64,000 nt of DNA from Chthonomonadaceae bacterium (GCA_035650735.1 DASRGZ010000224.1:1-64000); one strand, 5' to 3'; counted from the stretch's first letter, positions 18,996-33,200 are shown. Numbers and translations: made by a program. The notes: generated by a model from the letters alone, not told the origin.

Positions 18996-19964
18996 ATGGC
19001 TGAGACGATGGGCGAGACGTTATTCCAGACAGAGGAAACGGCGGCAGCCGAGGCGCAGGCCGCTGAGACCAGCGCAGCCCAGGCACTCGCCGAAGCGCGC
19101 TCGCGGTTGCCGGTCTCCGCCGCGCTGCAGAGTCCCGACGCGCATATCCGCGTGGAGGCTAGAGCCTCAGCAAAGCATCTGCTGGCGACGCTGCAGGAGG
19201 TCAAACGCAAGAAGGAGAGCGTCGAGGCGATGATGGCGTTGCTGCTGCAGGAGACGCGCGCGGCACGCCGCCGGCGCTATCTGCGGACGGCCACGGGCAC
19301 CGGGGCGGCGCTGCTGCTGATCTGGTTGATCTATATCACGCGGGGCGAAATCTTCCAGCATTTCTGGTGGATCATAAAAATCGGGGCCGGCGCCTGGGTA
19401 GCCGATAAGGCAGTCAACAAGCGGCGCGAGGCGGCCTCTGCCCTGAGTAAGGCGGGCGATCCGCGCGCGGTCGGCGTGCTGGCGCTGGCGCTGCGCGACG
19501 GCGACTCGTTTGTGCGGAATATAGCCGGCAGCGCGCTGCGCACGCTGCTGCCGCGCGTGCGCGCCAGCGACACTTCCTATATCACGCCCGACCAGATGAA
19601 CGCGCTGCTCAGCCTCGCCTACGATGAGGAGGACCGGCTGCGCCTCAAAATTCCGCTGCTTCTGGCCCTCCAACAGATCGGCGACGAGCGCGCCCTGCCT
19701 GCCGTCGAGCACCTCCTCTACGATCCGTCGCGGGATGTGCGGCGGGCGGCGAAAGAGTGCCTGCCCTTTGTCACCGAGCGCGTGCGCCGCGCACGGGAGA
19801 GCGCGACCCTGCTGCGCGCCTCCAGCGCCACCTCCATCGCTGCCATGCCCGACCAGCTGCTCCGCCCCGCCTCCGGCGCACCGCCCACGCAGACCCCGGC
19901 GGATCAACTGCTGCGGCCCATGGAACCGCAGCCGGATACGCAGGCGGCGGGCCGCACGGATTGA
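18996..19964 (+). CDS. Membrane-anchored HEAT-repeat protein
   Basis: Hydrophobic segments followed by GDPRAVGVL and GDERALPAV..DVRRAA repeats. Confidence 0.75.
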   Translation: MAETMGETLFQTEETAAAEAQAAETSAAQALAEARSRLPVSAALQSPDAHIRVEARASAKHLLATLQEVKRKKESVEAMMALLLQETRAARRRRYLRTATGTGAALLLIWLIYITRGEIFQHFWWIIKIGAGAWVADKAVNKRREAASALSKAGDPRAVGVLALALRDGDSFVRNIAGSALRTLLPRVRASDTSYITPDQMNALLSLAYDEEDRLRLKIPLLLALQQIGDERALPAVEHLLYDPSRDVRRAAKECLPFVTERVRRARESATLLRASSATSIAAMPDQLLRPASGAPPTQTPADQLLRPMEPQPDTQAAGRTD

Positions 19965-19992
19965 GATGCGAGGCGCACCCCTCGCATGAGAC

Positions 19993-20082
19993 CACCTCTC
20001 CCCTCTCCTTCTAAAGGAGAGGGGCCGGGGGTGAGGTCTCTCCCCTCTCCCGCAGCGTCGGGAGAGGGGGAGGGGTGAGGGC
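19993..20082. repeat. REP-like family A cluster
   Basis: Two CCCCTCTCC...GGAGAGGGG hairpins; near-identical in reverse complement to 52124-52208. Confidence 0.8.
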
Positions 20083-20115
20083 TCTTTTCACTTCGGCACG
20101 GGAGAAAATTGAACG

Positions 20116-21405
20116 ATGGGGCTCTTTCCTCAGAGTGGGATAAGGCTGTTCCTGCTTCTGTCTGGCTGCTTGCTGCAGGGCCTATGCGCCGCGCAGGGGA
20201 TCGGCGGGGTGGCCCGCCGCTTCCCGGATACACGCGCGCGCATCCTGATCTTTGCCGACCAACTGCCCGCGCAGATGACCGACGCGCAGTGGCGCTTCGC
20301 TGCCACCCACTATGTCGGCTGCCAGAAGGAGATGCGCTCCTGGACGCGCCGAATGCGCCAGCTCAACCCTGGCTTCCTGGTGCTGCACTACCAGCTTGCG
20401 GTCGGCACCGGGCCGGCGGCGTTCGTGCATGGCGACGAATGGACCAACGACTTCGCGCAGGTAACCCGCCATGAGGACTGGTTCCTCCACGATACGCAGG
20501 GGCGCCGCCTGTTGCAGCCGGACTGGAACTGGTACGTAATGGACATTCGCTTCGCCGATAATAGGCCGGCGACCGGCTTTCCGGATTACTGGCTGGCGAC
20601 GGCCCTGCAGCGTATGCGCGACAACGAAGACGATGGCTGCTTCGCCGACAGCTACACGCAGGACATCCTGATAAACCAGCTTAAGCCGCCGTTTGTCTGG
20701 TTTACCGATCCGGAAGCCAACAAACGCTTCTGGCTGCCCAATCTCAACCGCTACGGCGCCTTCTGCGCGCAAGGGTTCCACCGGCAGCCGGAACGGTTCT
20801 ACTATCTGCCCAACCTCGGCGGCATGGTCACCACCTGGGACACCGTTACCAACCTCGCGGTCGGCGATGGCGGCATGAACGAGGGCTTCTGCGCTTCCGG
20901 GCCCGGCCACTACTACTCCGAGGACGACTGGAGACTGCAAATGAGCCGGGTGCTGGCGCTGGCATCCCGCAATAAGATCCTCCTCTGTCAAACCGGAACC
21001 GATCCCGCCAACGCCGACCATCGCTGGTTTATCGTCGGCTCCTATCTGCTGACCAAAGGCCATCGCTCTTACCTGAATATGTTCCAGAAGAGCACCCTGG
21101 AGTGGTATCCCGAATATACGCTTGACCTCGGCCCCTACCTACAGGAACCGCAGCCCGACGTCGCCGCATACTGGAAGCCGGAGTGGAAGGTCTACCGCCG
21201 CGACTACGCGAAGGGCATGGTGCTGGTCAATCCCACAAGTGAGCCGGTCACCATTCCCGATCTGGGCGGGACGTACCGGCTGGTGGCGGCGCAGGGCGGC
21301 GGAATCGTGAGCGCGGATGGCCAGGCTCCGGGCACGCTGACAACGCAGTCCGTCCGCTCGGTCACGATCCCGGCCCACAGCGCCCGCGTCCTGCTCAACA
21401 GGTGA
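20116..21405 (+). CDS. Secreted putative glycoside hydrolase (GHL15-like)
   Basis: Signal peptide; HEDWFLH, DGCFADS and VYRRDYAKGMVLVNP motifs. Confidence 0.65.
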   Translation: MGLFPQSGIRLFLLLSGCLLQGLCAAQGIGGVARRFPDTRARILIFADQLPAQMTDAQWRFAATHYVGCQKEMRSWTRRMRQLNPGFLVLHYQLAVGTGPAAFVHGDEWTNDFAQVTRHEDWFLHDTQGRRLLQPDWNWYVMDIRFADNRPATGFPDYWLATALQRMRDNEDDGCFADSYTQDILINQLKPPFVWFTDPEANKRFWLPNLNRYGAFCAQGFHRQPERFYYLPNLGGMVTTWDTVTNLAVGDGGMNEGFCASGPGHYYSEDDWRLQMSRVLALASRNKILLCQTGTDPANADHRWFIVGSYLLTKGHRSYLNMFQKSTLEWYPEYTLDLGPYLQEPQPDVAAYWKPEWKVYRRDYAKGMVLVNPTSEPVTIPDLGGTYRLVAAQGGGIVSADGQAPGTLTTQSVRSVTIPAHSARVLLNR

Positions 21406-21483
21406 TGGGGAAAGAGAACGGCACAGGCAAAGGAAGTCACGATAGCGCTTTCTTTTGTCCCGGAGAGAAGACAGGGAAAGAGA

Positions 21484-23391
21484 ATGGCAAAGTCCGAGGC
21501 GCCGACCGGCGCCGATATAAAGAGCAAATTCAAGCCGCTGACGGAGGAAGCGGTGCAGGAGAGCACCGATGGCGGCAGTTTCAGCCGAGGCAAGAGCTAC
21601 TACCGCAGCGGCCACATCTTCGACGCCGTCGTGCGCGGCAACACGATATCGGCCCGGTGCGAGGGATCGGATGTGCGGCCCTATACGGTGCGGGCCACGC
21701 TGCCGACGGCGGATCAGAAGGACGCGCGTGCGGTGATCTCCTACGAGTGCGACTGCCCGCGCGGCGGCTTCTGCAAGCACGTCGTCGCCCTGCTGCTGAC
21801 CTGGATTCATAAGCCGGAGACGTTCGAGGTACGCCCGGAGATCGCCGCGCTGCTGAAGGACAAAAGCCGCGAGGAGTTGCTGGCCCTGGTGCTGCGCATG
21901 GTAGAGCAGAATCCGGAACTGGAATCCCTGCTCGACCTGCCGTTTCCCACCGCCGCGCACGAGCCGGGGGCGGCAGGTCGGCCCACCATCCTCGCGGGCA
22001 CCATTCGCAAGCAGACGGCGGCAGCCTTCCGACGCAACGGCTATGAGTGGGGCGCGGCCAGCGCTATCGCCTCCGACCTGGAGAAGGTCTACCGGCTCGG
22101 CGAAGACTACGCGCGGGCCGGACAGTGGGCCAATGCGCTGGTTGTCTATTCCACGCTCACCGAAGAGATCGGTCAGAACTATGGGCAGGTGGACGACGAA
22201 GAGGGCGATCTGGCCGAGGTCGCGCAGCGATGCTGCGATGGACTGGCGCAGTGCTTAGAGATTCAAAAGGATCTGCCGGAGGGCGAGCGGCTGGAGCCGG
22301 ACCTGCGGGCGCAGCTTGTCAAAAGCCTGTACGACCTCTGGAACTCGGACACGGAACTGGGCGGCATAGACCTGGCAGCAGACGTGCCGGAGGTGCTCGC
22401 CTGCAATGTGACGGATGCGGAGCGGGCGCAGGTCGAGGAGTGGGTGCGCCGGCAGATGCGCCCTGGCAGAGACTTCTCCGCCAACTGGCACAACCGGGCG
22501 CTGGCCGAGTTCCTGATGACGCTCAAGGAGCACGCCGGACTGGACGATGAGGCGCGGCTGGCCGAGTATCGCAACTTCCGGCTGTATGAGGATATGGCAG
22601 CGTTTCTGGCCGAACGTGGGCGCGTAGACGAGGCCCTCGGCATCGCGGAAGATCATCTCACCGATTGGACGGAGGTGCTGGGCTTTGCCCGGACGCTGGC
22701 GGAACAGGGAAAGGAGAGCGCGCAGCGGGCCTGCGCCTTCGTCGAGGCCCGGCTCAAGCAGGCGGAAAAAGCGAAGCAGCAGGAGCACGCCGTTCGGGGC
22801 TACCTGGACTGGCTGGGCGCGCAATATACCAGGCTGGGCATGACGGGCGAGGCGCTTGCCATTCAGTTGCGCCGTTTCCAGGCCGATCCCAGCCCGGATA
22901 CCTATCAGGACGCTAGAGCGGCGGCGCTGCTGCCCGGCCAGCCCCCCGAACTCTGGGCCGAGCTGCGCCCAAACCTGATCGCCACCCTGGAGCAGAAAAA
23001 GGCCTGGAGCGCCCTGGTGTCCATCTATCTGGAGGAGAAGCAGGTTCGGGACGCCCTGGATGCCCTGGCCCGGTTCGAGATGCAAAAATCCCACGACTCC
23101 TTCGGCCTTTATTGGGGCGTCAACGACCTGCGCCTCCGGTGCGCGCAGGCCGCCGAAAAGGAGTATCCCGACGAGGCGCGCACGATCTACCAGAACATGG
23201 CGGAGGACCTGATCGAGCAGCGTGGGCGCGGAAACTACCAGGAGGCCGCGAAGTTCCTCCGCCGCGTTCGCGACCTCTATCAAAAACAGGGGCGCGGTTC
23301 GGAATGGCAGACCTATATCGCGTCCCTGCGGGAGCGCAACAAGAGCCTGCGCGCCTTCAAAGAAGAGCTTGACGCGCTGAAGCTGGCCTGA
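21484..23391 (+). CDS. SWIM zinc-finger protein with helical C-terminal region
   Basis: FSRGKSY and CDCPRGGFCKHVVA motifs. Confidence 0.88.
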   Translation: MAKSEAPTGADIKSKFKPLTEEAVQESTDGGSFSRGKSYYRSGHIFDAVVRGNTISARCEGSDVRPYTVRATLPTADQKDARAVISYECDCPRGGFCKHVVALLLTWIHKPETFEVRPEIAALLKDKSREELLALVLRMVEQNPELESLLDLPFPTAAHEPGAAGRPTILAGTIRKQTAAAFRRNGYEWGAASAIASDLEKVYRLGEDYARAGQWANALVVYSTLTEEIGQNYGQVDDEEGDLAEVAQRCCDGLAQCLEIQKDLPEGERLEPDLRAQLVKSLYDLWNSDTELGGIDLAADVPEVLACNVTDAERAQVEEWVRRQMRPGRDFSANWHNRALAEFLMTLKEHAGLDDEARLAEYRNFRLYEDMAAFLAERGRVDEALGIAEDHLTDWTEVLGFARTLAEQGKESAQRACAFVEARLKQAEKAKQQEHAVRGYLDWLGAQYTRLGMTGEALAIQLRRFQADPSPDTYQDARAAALLPGQPPELWAELRPNLIATLEQKKAWSALVSIYLEEKQVRDALDALARFEMQKSHDSFGLYWGVNDLRLRCAQAAEKEYPDEARTIYQNMAEDLIEQRGRGNYQEAAKFLRRVRDLYQKQGRGSEWQTYIASLRERNKSLRAFKEELDALKLA

Positions 23392-23755
23392 GTGCGCGCG
23401 GCTTGCGCTTGATGCAGCCATACCAGGCAGAGCGGCCAGGCCAGGGTCAGCGTGATAGCCGCCATCAGCAGGAAGATAAGCCGGTCCAGCAACCGGTTCA
23501 GGGAGTTCTGCAGGCGGGCGCGCGCTGCCGCTCCCCTCTCAGCCGGCACGTCGGTCTGCGGGGTCGGGCGCGCGCTCCCACGCGCCGTTAACTTGAATCG
23601 TTGCATGCTGGGTTGTTCCGCAACCGGGCCAACTCTCTTCCCCGTGTTTTCGCCGGTTCCGGAACCGGTTCCGACAGAAATTCCAGGCTTTCGTGCTCGT
23701 TCCCTCAACCTATGCTCTTCTTTTCTTTTCTCTTTTGGCGTGGAGGTATTCCAAG

Positions 23756-27133
<3,378 letters not shown>

Positions 27134-27232
27134 GAACGCGCAAATTGCTCCCTATGCGTCTAAAGTTCGGTTCCTGACGGGCAAGAGAGGAAAAATGGTG
27201 ACGCAGTGCCCCCAAGCATGCGCGACAAACGC

Positions 27233-27683
27233 TTAGGGGGAAGCTAAGATCTCTTTAGGAGTAAGTACGGCGATCTCTTTAGCGGATAAAGTCGCTCCGG
27301 TCAAACGTCAGAATGGTGGGACTACCGTGCACGAGCATGGCTGCCACGAGCCGGGCATCATGGTTCTACTTGCCTTCGGCCCCGCAGCTATCTACCAGGC
27401 GTTCCCATTCAGGCAGAATAGCCGGGCTTTCCGGCAACAGACGAAACAGGCTCTTGAGCCGCGCTATCTCGGTCTTGACTTGGGCCTGGCTCATCCCTAA
27501 CCCGTTATTCCCAAGAGGACGGGTACACACAGCCCGAAACTCCACCAGGTTCTGCGAAGTCAGACAAAGCTCTTCTCCCTGAGCACGCAGGGCATTTATG
27601 GCATCCGCCGCCTCCCGGTACATCGGGTGAGAGGGCTGCACGCTGCGCAGGAGGATATTGGTATCCAGAAGCACCCAGGCCAC
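27233..27683 (-). pseudogene. vapC: VapC/PIN toxin pseudogene
   Basis: LLDTNIL..QNLVEF; premature TAG at 27366-27368 precedes NHDARLVAAM..ILTFD..DF, with a further frameshift near 27280. Confidence 0.82.
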
Positions 27684-27690
27684 TTAAGAG

Positions 27691-27981
27691 CTAACCCCTC
27701 CCCTCATAAATGCTGTCGCGACTGATAGCCTCGTCCGAGAGGGGGGGCGTAGTCGGGTCATGGCTGGCTGCCCATTCTCGAAAGGCTTTCGCCCACTCCT
27801 CAGGCGTAGCAGTCTTATAGAAAGGTCTTTCGGCAGAAGAGCGATCCTCACTCTCTTGGCCTTCCAGGAGAGTAAGGCGGAACTGCTGCTTGGGCATCTG
27901 CTTTAAGATCGGCTCTAGCTCCTCGCCGGTGCCAATATACTCTTTTGGTTGTGCCCTCTGCTTTTCTCCCTCTAGTTGCAT
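27691..27981 (-). CDS. Putative antitoxin
   Basis: 96 aa, directly upstream of the PIN gene; C-terminal LSDEAISRDSIY; extended -10 TGTTATAAT at 27991-27999. Confidence 0.75.
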   Translation of the reverse strand: MQLEGEKQRAQPKEYIGTGEELEPILKQMPKQQFRLTLLEGQESEDRSSAERPFYKTATPEEWAKAFREWAASHDPTTPPLSDEAISRDSIYEGRG

Positions 27982-28078
27982 ACTCTTCCCATTATAACAC
28001 AGTAGTCTCCACGCCCGATAGGCAGGGGAGGATGCAGGCCGCGCCCCGGTCAAATGATGCTGGAAGGGGACAGAGGGC

Positions 28079-29602
28079 TTAGACTTGCTCGCGAGTGACG
28101 CCTTTCTCGTGCACGGTAAAGAGCGCCAGGAGGAAGGAGATCAGCAGCAGAACCCCACAGCCGAGGAAGGGAACGCCGTGCGGTGGGATGCTAACGGGAC
28201 CTAAATGGATTGTGGGAAGCTTATAGAGGAAGCTGCTGGCTGCCAGACCTACGATTGCGCCGAGCCCCTGCGCCGTTCCCACCGCGCCCATGACCGCGCC
28301 GCGCTGCCTGGGATCGCAGGTAGCGCTTACCAACGCCATCCAGGCCGGGAACGCGATCACAAAGCCCATGCCAATCAGTGAGCCCAGTCCAATTAACGTC
28401 CACACGGTCGGGAAGAGGACCAGCAGCCAGTAGGCCGTCACGCACAGCCCGATGCCCAAACGCACCGCCTTGGCCTTGCCGATGCGGTCGCCCAGCGTGC
28501 CCAGCGGCACCGACGCGATGGCAATCGCCAGCGCCGGGATAATGAGCATGTTGCCGAACTCCGCCTCGGTCAGATGGAACGGCCCATCCTTCGCCATCGC
28601 AAAGAGCTTGGTGTAGGCCATCACCAGGCCGATGCCCAGGAAGGTGATAAAGGTCATCAGAAGCATCGAGGGCATGCGCCCAAGCATTATCAGAAAATCT
28701 TTGAAGTCGAAACCGGTCTCCACGCCGGGTACATGCTCGTGGTGGACGGGGCGGACATGCGGGATCAGGAACGTGGCCGCCAGAGAAGTCACGGCAAAGA
28801 GCACTGCCGCCACGTAGAACGAGGCCGATTTGGAAGCGACCAGACCTACATGCAGATGCTGAAGCGCCCACTCGTTGACGTTGCCGCCGATGGCCGGGCC
28901 GAGCGCGATGCCTAGCAGATACGCCAGATTGAACAGGCTCATAGCGGTAGCGCGCTTTTTCTCCGGCACATGGTCGCCGATGAGGCTGAAGGCGGAAGGC
29001 CACAGCGCCGCCGCGCCGATGCCGTCCAGCAGACGCAGGAAAACTAGCACATAAGGGTTGTGGATGTGGGGCGTCAGCGCAGCCGTAAAGATGGAGACCA
29101 GCGGGCCGGCCAGAATCAGCGCCTTGCGCCCGATGCGGTCGCCCAGCACGCCAAACGGCGATTTGAGAATGCCCTCGACCAGGACAAAGGCCGTCGCCGC
29201 AATGCCGACCCAACGCGGATGCAGCCCGTTGGCGACGATATAGACGGGCATCGCCGAGATGTTGACCACCGTATAGGCCAACTCCGCGCAGCCAGATACC
29301 AGGACAATCGCCAGCAGCAGATGCCGAACATTGATCCGCTGCGTCAGAAGATTCTGGACTGCCTGTCCGTTCTGCGCAGGCTCTACCGTTGGCGCCGACG
29401 TGGCGCTGTCGGCGGTGGAAACCGGGTTGTGCTCTGGCTGCCGTGATTGCGGCGAAACGTCCAAAGAAGGCTCCTCGCTTCCGAAGCAACCGCCGATGGG
29501 CGCCGATAAACGCCGGGCGCACGAAAACTCCCTGCTTTTATCCGGCTCCATCGGCGGTTGGGTAGCCTCGCCATCCAGCATGGCTATCCCTCGAAGGCGC
29601 AA
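28079..29602 (-). CDS. MFS transporter (start uncertain)
   Basis: GVLGDRIGRK and GTLGDRIGK motif A; about 12 hydrophobic segments. Confidence 0.88.
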   Translation of the reverse strand: MRLRGIAMLDGEATQPPMEPDKSREFSCARRLSAPIGGCFGSEEPSLDVSPQSRQPEHNPVSTADSATSAPTVEPAQNGQAVQNLLTQRINVRHLLLAIVLVSGCAELAYTVVNISAMPVYIVANGLHPRWVGIAATAFVLVEGILKSPFGVLGDRIGRKALILAGPLVSIFTAALTPHIHNPYVLVFLRLLDGIGAAALWPSAFSLIGDHVPEKKRATAMSLFNLAYLLGIALGPAIGGNVNEWALQHLHVGLVASKSASFYVAAVLFAVTSLAATFLIPHVRPVHHEHVPGVETGFDFKDFLIMLGRMPSMLLMTFITFLGIGLVMAYTKLFAMAKDGPFHLTEAEFGNMLIIPALAIAIASVPLGTLGDRIGKAKAVRLGIGLCVTAYWLLVLFPTVWTLIGLGSLIGMGFVIAFPAWMALVSATCDPRQRGAVMGAVGTAQGLGAIVGLAASSFLYKLPTIHLGPVSIPPHGVPFLGCGVLLLISFLLALFTVHEKGVTREQV

Positions 29603-29654
29603 TCTCCAGCCACGAGGGAAGGGGTGGCGCTACCGGCGGTTGTAATGCCTCCGG

Positions 29655-30707
29655 TTAGCCGGCAAGCGCAACTTCGTGCCCGACTTCGGCGGACTTGTAG
29701 ATCGCGTCCATGATCTGAGCGACCATCAGGCCGTGCTCGCCGGTAACCAGCGGCTCTTTTTTGTCCCGGACGCACTCCACGAACGCCTTCATCTCGGCAT
29801 AGTGGGTGTTGATATTGGCGTTGGGGACCTTGGGCTCTAAAGTAAAGACGCTGCGATGCCGCTCCTGCGTGATGGTTAGCGGATGGGTCGTCGCTCCGCC
29901 CTCGGTGCCCAACAGCGTCGAGTTGAATACGTCCTCTTTCAGGTTGGCGGCGAAACTGGATTCCAGATTGATGGTCGCGCCGTTCTCCAGGCGGATGATC
30001 GCCGCCGCGAAATCCTCGACGGTGAAATTTTTATAATCCCACTGGCCCATAAAGCCGACGATGTCGCTGCGCTTGCCGAACTTCTGGTAGGTCACGCCGC
30101 TGGCATGGGTGGGCTTGGGATGGCCCATCAGCCAGAGGGTCAGATCCAGGATATGGACGCCGATGTCAATGAGCGGGCCGCCGCCTTGCTTGCTCTTATC
30201 AATGAAGACGCCCCAGCCGGGAATGCCGCGCACGCGCAGCGCCTGGGCGCGAGCATAGTAGATATCGCCAAGCTCGCCGGCATCAATGAACCTCTTGAGC
30301 GTCTGGTTGCTGGGCGCAAAGCGGCTGTTGTAGCCGATCTGGAGGATTTTGCCCTCCTTGCGCGCCGTCTTGACCATCTCCGCCGCCTCTGTGGCGTTCA
30401 TGGCGATGGGCTTCTCACAGAGGACGTGCTTGCCGGCCTTGAGCGCCGCTATCGTCGGTCCATGATGGACGTAGTTGGGGGTGCAGACGGAGACGGCATC
30501 AATTTCCGGCATCTCCAGCAGCTTATTATAGTCCTCGAACTTATGCTGAACCGGGTACTTCTCCGCTGTCTTGTTGAGGGCGACGGGATCGATGTCGCAG
30601 AGCGCGAAGATCTCGCACTCGTCCGGAATCTGGGAATAACCGGGCAGATGCGCCGCGTTGGCAATGCCGCCCGTGCCGATCACTCCGATGCGAACCTTCT
30701 TTGCCAA
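29655..30707 (-). CDS. Gfo/Idh/MocA oxidoreductase (cytoplasmic)
   Basis: IGVIGTGGIA, CTPN, CEKP and GGGPLIDIGVH motifs; TTG start with RBS AAGGAG. Confidence 0.9.
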   Translation of the reverse strand: MAKKVRIGVIGTGGIANAAHLPGYSQIPDECEIFALCDIDPVALNKTAEKYPVQHKFEDYNKLLEMPEIDAVSVCTPNYVHHGPTIAALKAGKHVLCEKPIAMNATEAAEMVKTARKEGKILQIGYNSRFAPSNQTLKRFIDAGELGDIYYARAQALRVRGIPGWGVFIDKSKQGGGPLIDIGVHILDLTLWLMGHPKPTHASGVTYQKFGKRSDIVGFMGQWDYKNFTVEDFAAAIIRLENGATINLESSFAANLKEDVFNSTLLGTEGGATTHPLTITQERHRSVFTLEPKVPNANINTHYAEMKAFVECVRDKKEPLVTGEHGLMVAQIMDAIYKSAEVGHEVALAG

Positions 30708-30927
30708 TTCCGTTGGCTCCTTTCGCTTGATTTCGCGGCTCACCGTCCTGACGTGCACGGGAACGTATGAGCGCCGATGTCTATTGGATATCGGTGGCCC
30801 GGATTCCTGCGGCATCGCGCCTGCGGCGATTGCTGACTATTCTACCAGCCCACCCCCCGCCCTGTAAATGCGCTGAAAGTCCCAAATTTGCCGCGAAACG
30901 GACCTGAAGAATCGGGACTTATCCGTT

Positions 30928-31587
30928 TTACTCACTGCCCCAGAGGGCGGGCAAATCCGGCAGGGCCAGCGTCTCCGGCTCCAGCCCGTGCTGCGCGGCC
31001 AGATCGGCGATGCTCTCCAGTGGCGCGGGATCGGGCGCTGCGAAGTGCAGGTCGTAGTGGTGGCAGGCGAGGATGGTCAGGCGACGCCCGACGGGGCTCA
31101 AAGCGGCAAACAGGACATCGCCGCCGCCCGCGAACGTGTTGGCGGCCAGGACAGGCAAGACGGCGCTGAATCGCGCCCGGCGCACGCAAAAGCCGCCCTG
31201 AAAGCGATCCGTCAGGCCGCGTCGGCGCAGGAACTGGCAAACATAACGGGCATCCGCCACCTTCGCCAGATAGGCCGCCTGCGCCTTGTTGTTGAGCCAG
31301 AAGGTTCCCTCCGCCACGACAGCAAGCACAGCCTCAACCTCCAGAGCCGTAAACGCCGCCGCCACAAACGCCGACAGCGCCGGGCGGTCCGCCACCGGGA
31401 TCGGCCCCTCCATGCGCCCATCCGGGTAGACGATCTTGCGGTGCGGCCCCCGGATATGGGGCCGCGGCTCCCGCTCGCGCACGGTCAGGCGATGCACCGC
31501 CGGGACATCGGGGAACTCGCGGGTATGCGGGTCGAGCCCGGCAGCGCGCAGCAGGCGCGGCAGTTCACGACGGGGGATAATCTGCAT
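30928..31587 (-). CDS. Hypothetical protein
   Basis: ORF with host-like codon use, co-oriented with its neighbours. Confidence 0.6.
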   Translation of the reverse strand: MQIIPRRELPRLLRAAGLDPHTREFPDVPAVHRLTVREREPRPHIRGPHRKIVYPDGRMEGPIPVADRPALSAFVAAAFTALEVEAVLAVVAEGTFWLNNKAQAAYLAKVADARYVCQFLRRRGLTDRFQGGFCVRRARFSAVLPVLAANTFAGGGDVLFAALSPVGRRLTILACHHYDLHFAAPDPAPLESIADLAAQHGLEPETLALPDLPALWGSE

Positions 31588-31751
31588 TCTGCCTGTCCCT
31601 TGAGCCTCCTTCCTAACGGAAACCACGGCGTATCAAAGAGCCTATGGTTCAATGGATATACGCGGCCCGGCCTCACGTGGCTTCATGGCTTCCTAACTCT
31701 CCTCACGCAGCCGGGCGAATACCAGGAGCGCGTCTGCGTCACAGGAGGTTC

Positions 31752-33200
31752 TTATTCCTTTCCCGCGTGCAGGTCGTTCAACAGGCCAACGCACGCCTCC
31801 ACGAACACGCGCCCAACGTTGGGCGCATAGGGAAAGAGGTCAAGCATATAGGGAACGGTGTCGGCAGCATAGCCGCGCCGGGCAAACTCGGCCTCGTTGG
31901 GGATGTAGCCGAGAAAGTCGTTGGCGTAGCCGACGATAAACGTACGCGGGAAGGGCGAGCGCCGCTTGATCTCTAGGCCGAACTCGGCAAACAGTTCCGT
32001 CGGGTGGGCCAGCAGCACGATGTCGCCTATCTGAACAGCCTGAAGCTCGCAGGCGAGCGTTTGCGGGACACTATGGCTGGCAGCCTCGTGCTCCTGCTGC
32101 AAGCGCAGCAGTTTCAGCACCGCGTCCGGCGGCAAGTCCAGCGCTTCGGCGAGTTCATTGAGGAGGGCTTCGCGGCCCATGCGCTCGGCAATGGTTTGCT
32201 GGGCGTCGCGCAGGATCTCCAGCCAGGGGTCGGGCTCACCCGTAAGCTGGGCCAGCAGGCTCTCGGTCGCCTCCACCCAGAACCGGGCCGTTCGCGCTTC
32301 GGGCGAGTCGGGCGGTCGTTGGGCAAGCAGGGCGCGATTGTCGTCCCGTCGGCGCTGCAACGCCTCGCGCGTCGGCACGGCCAGCGGCAATTCGATGATG
32401 CGCCGGACGCACCGCAGCGGGTGGGTGTTCTCTACCCTGGTGGATTGACCCACCGCCATCAGTATTGCTCCTGCCAGCATCTTCCCGGTACGCGCAGATG
32501 CTTCTTTATGCGCATTGAACGGATTAATATCGCCACAAGAACCCTGCAAGAACAACGCCTCATCGTATAAATCCAATTCCAGCAGCCTGCGGGCATCCCC
32601 TGGAAAATCAGAATCAATCATCGCATCTGATGGCAGCGAAGAGACAGGATGACAGCCAAATGAAAACAGAAGTACGTTTCTGTCCTCACCGAGAATCTCT
32701 AATGCCTGCACCTCATTGTCTACGGCGCCATTGCGATCAACCCGATTTACCGCCATTCCCGGCAGTGTAGACTGCGCCGCATAGCATACTACTGGCTCCA
32801 GAGCATATCTGGCTTCTACCACTGCCGTTGTTAACTGGCGGGGCAGCAGAGAGACATAAGGAGTGTCAACCTCCCCACACCCACGCAAGAAAATCGTTGC
32901 TGGGCCGGAATGGGTATGCGAACAGGCGATAAGCACGTTCTCTTCTGGAATACCGGTCGCCGAGGATATGGCGGCGCGCGTTCTGGCAGTGATTTCGGCA
33001 GATACGGCCAGCAGGTCGGCGGTAACTAGGGCAATATATGTATCCTCTTGTGCCAAAACGAGCGCCGTAGCATAAAGATGCCGACGGATACTGCGGGATA
33101 CTCTGTTTAAAAAGAATCCATACCCGCTCAGTTCTCCACCAAAAGGCGGCGTTATAGAAATAGAGGCCGCGCCCGCCTGTAAATTCCATTCCTCGCCCAT
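31752..33200 (-). CDS. Neutral/alkaline ceramidase-like hydrolase
   Basis: SITPP, SHTHSGP, GCHP, FLQGSCGDINP and GYANDFLGYIP motifs. Confidence 0.82.
   Translation of the reverse strand: MGEEWNLQAGAASISITPPFGGELSGYGFFLNRVSRSIRRHLYATALVLAQEDTYIALVTADLLAVSAEITARTRAAISSATGIPEENVLIACSHTHSGPATIFLRGCGEVDTPYVSLLPRQLTTAVVEARYALEPVVCYAAQSTLPGMAVNRVDRNGAVDNEVQALEILGEDRNVLLFSFGCHPVSSLPSDAMIDSDFPGDARRLLELDLYDEALFLQGSCGDINPFNAHKEASARTGKMLAGAILMAVGQSTRVENTHPLRCVRRIIELPLAVPTREALQRRRDDNRALLAQRPPDSPEARTARFWVEATESLLAQLTGEPDPWLEILRDAQQTIAERMGREALLNELAEALDLPPDAVLKLLRLQQEHEAASHSVPQTLACELQAVQIGDIVLLAHPTELFAEFGLEIKRRSPFPRTFIVGYANDFLGYIPNEAEFARRGYAADTVPYMLDLFPYAPNVGRVFVEACVGLLNDLHAGKE

Noticed and set aside
21408..21493. 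Direct repeat GGGAAAGAGAA(C/T)GGCA around the SWIM gene start
   Set aside because: Short, purine-rich and low complexity; significance unclear.
27366..27368. TAG in vapC as pyrrolysine or readthrough
   Set aside because: A second frameshift lesion follows and no pyl genes are seen; pseudogenisation is simpler.
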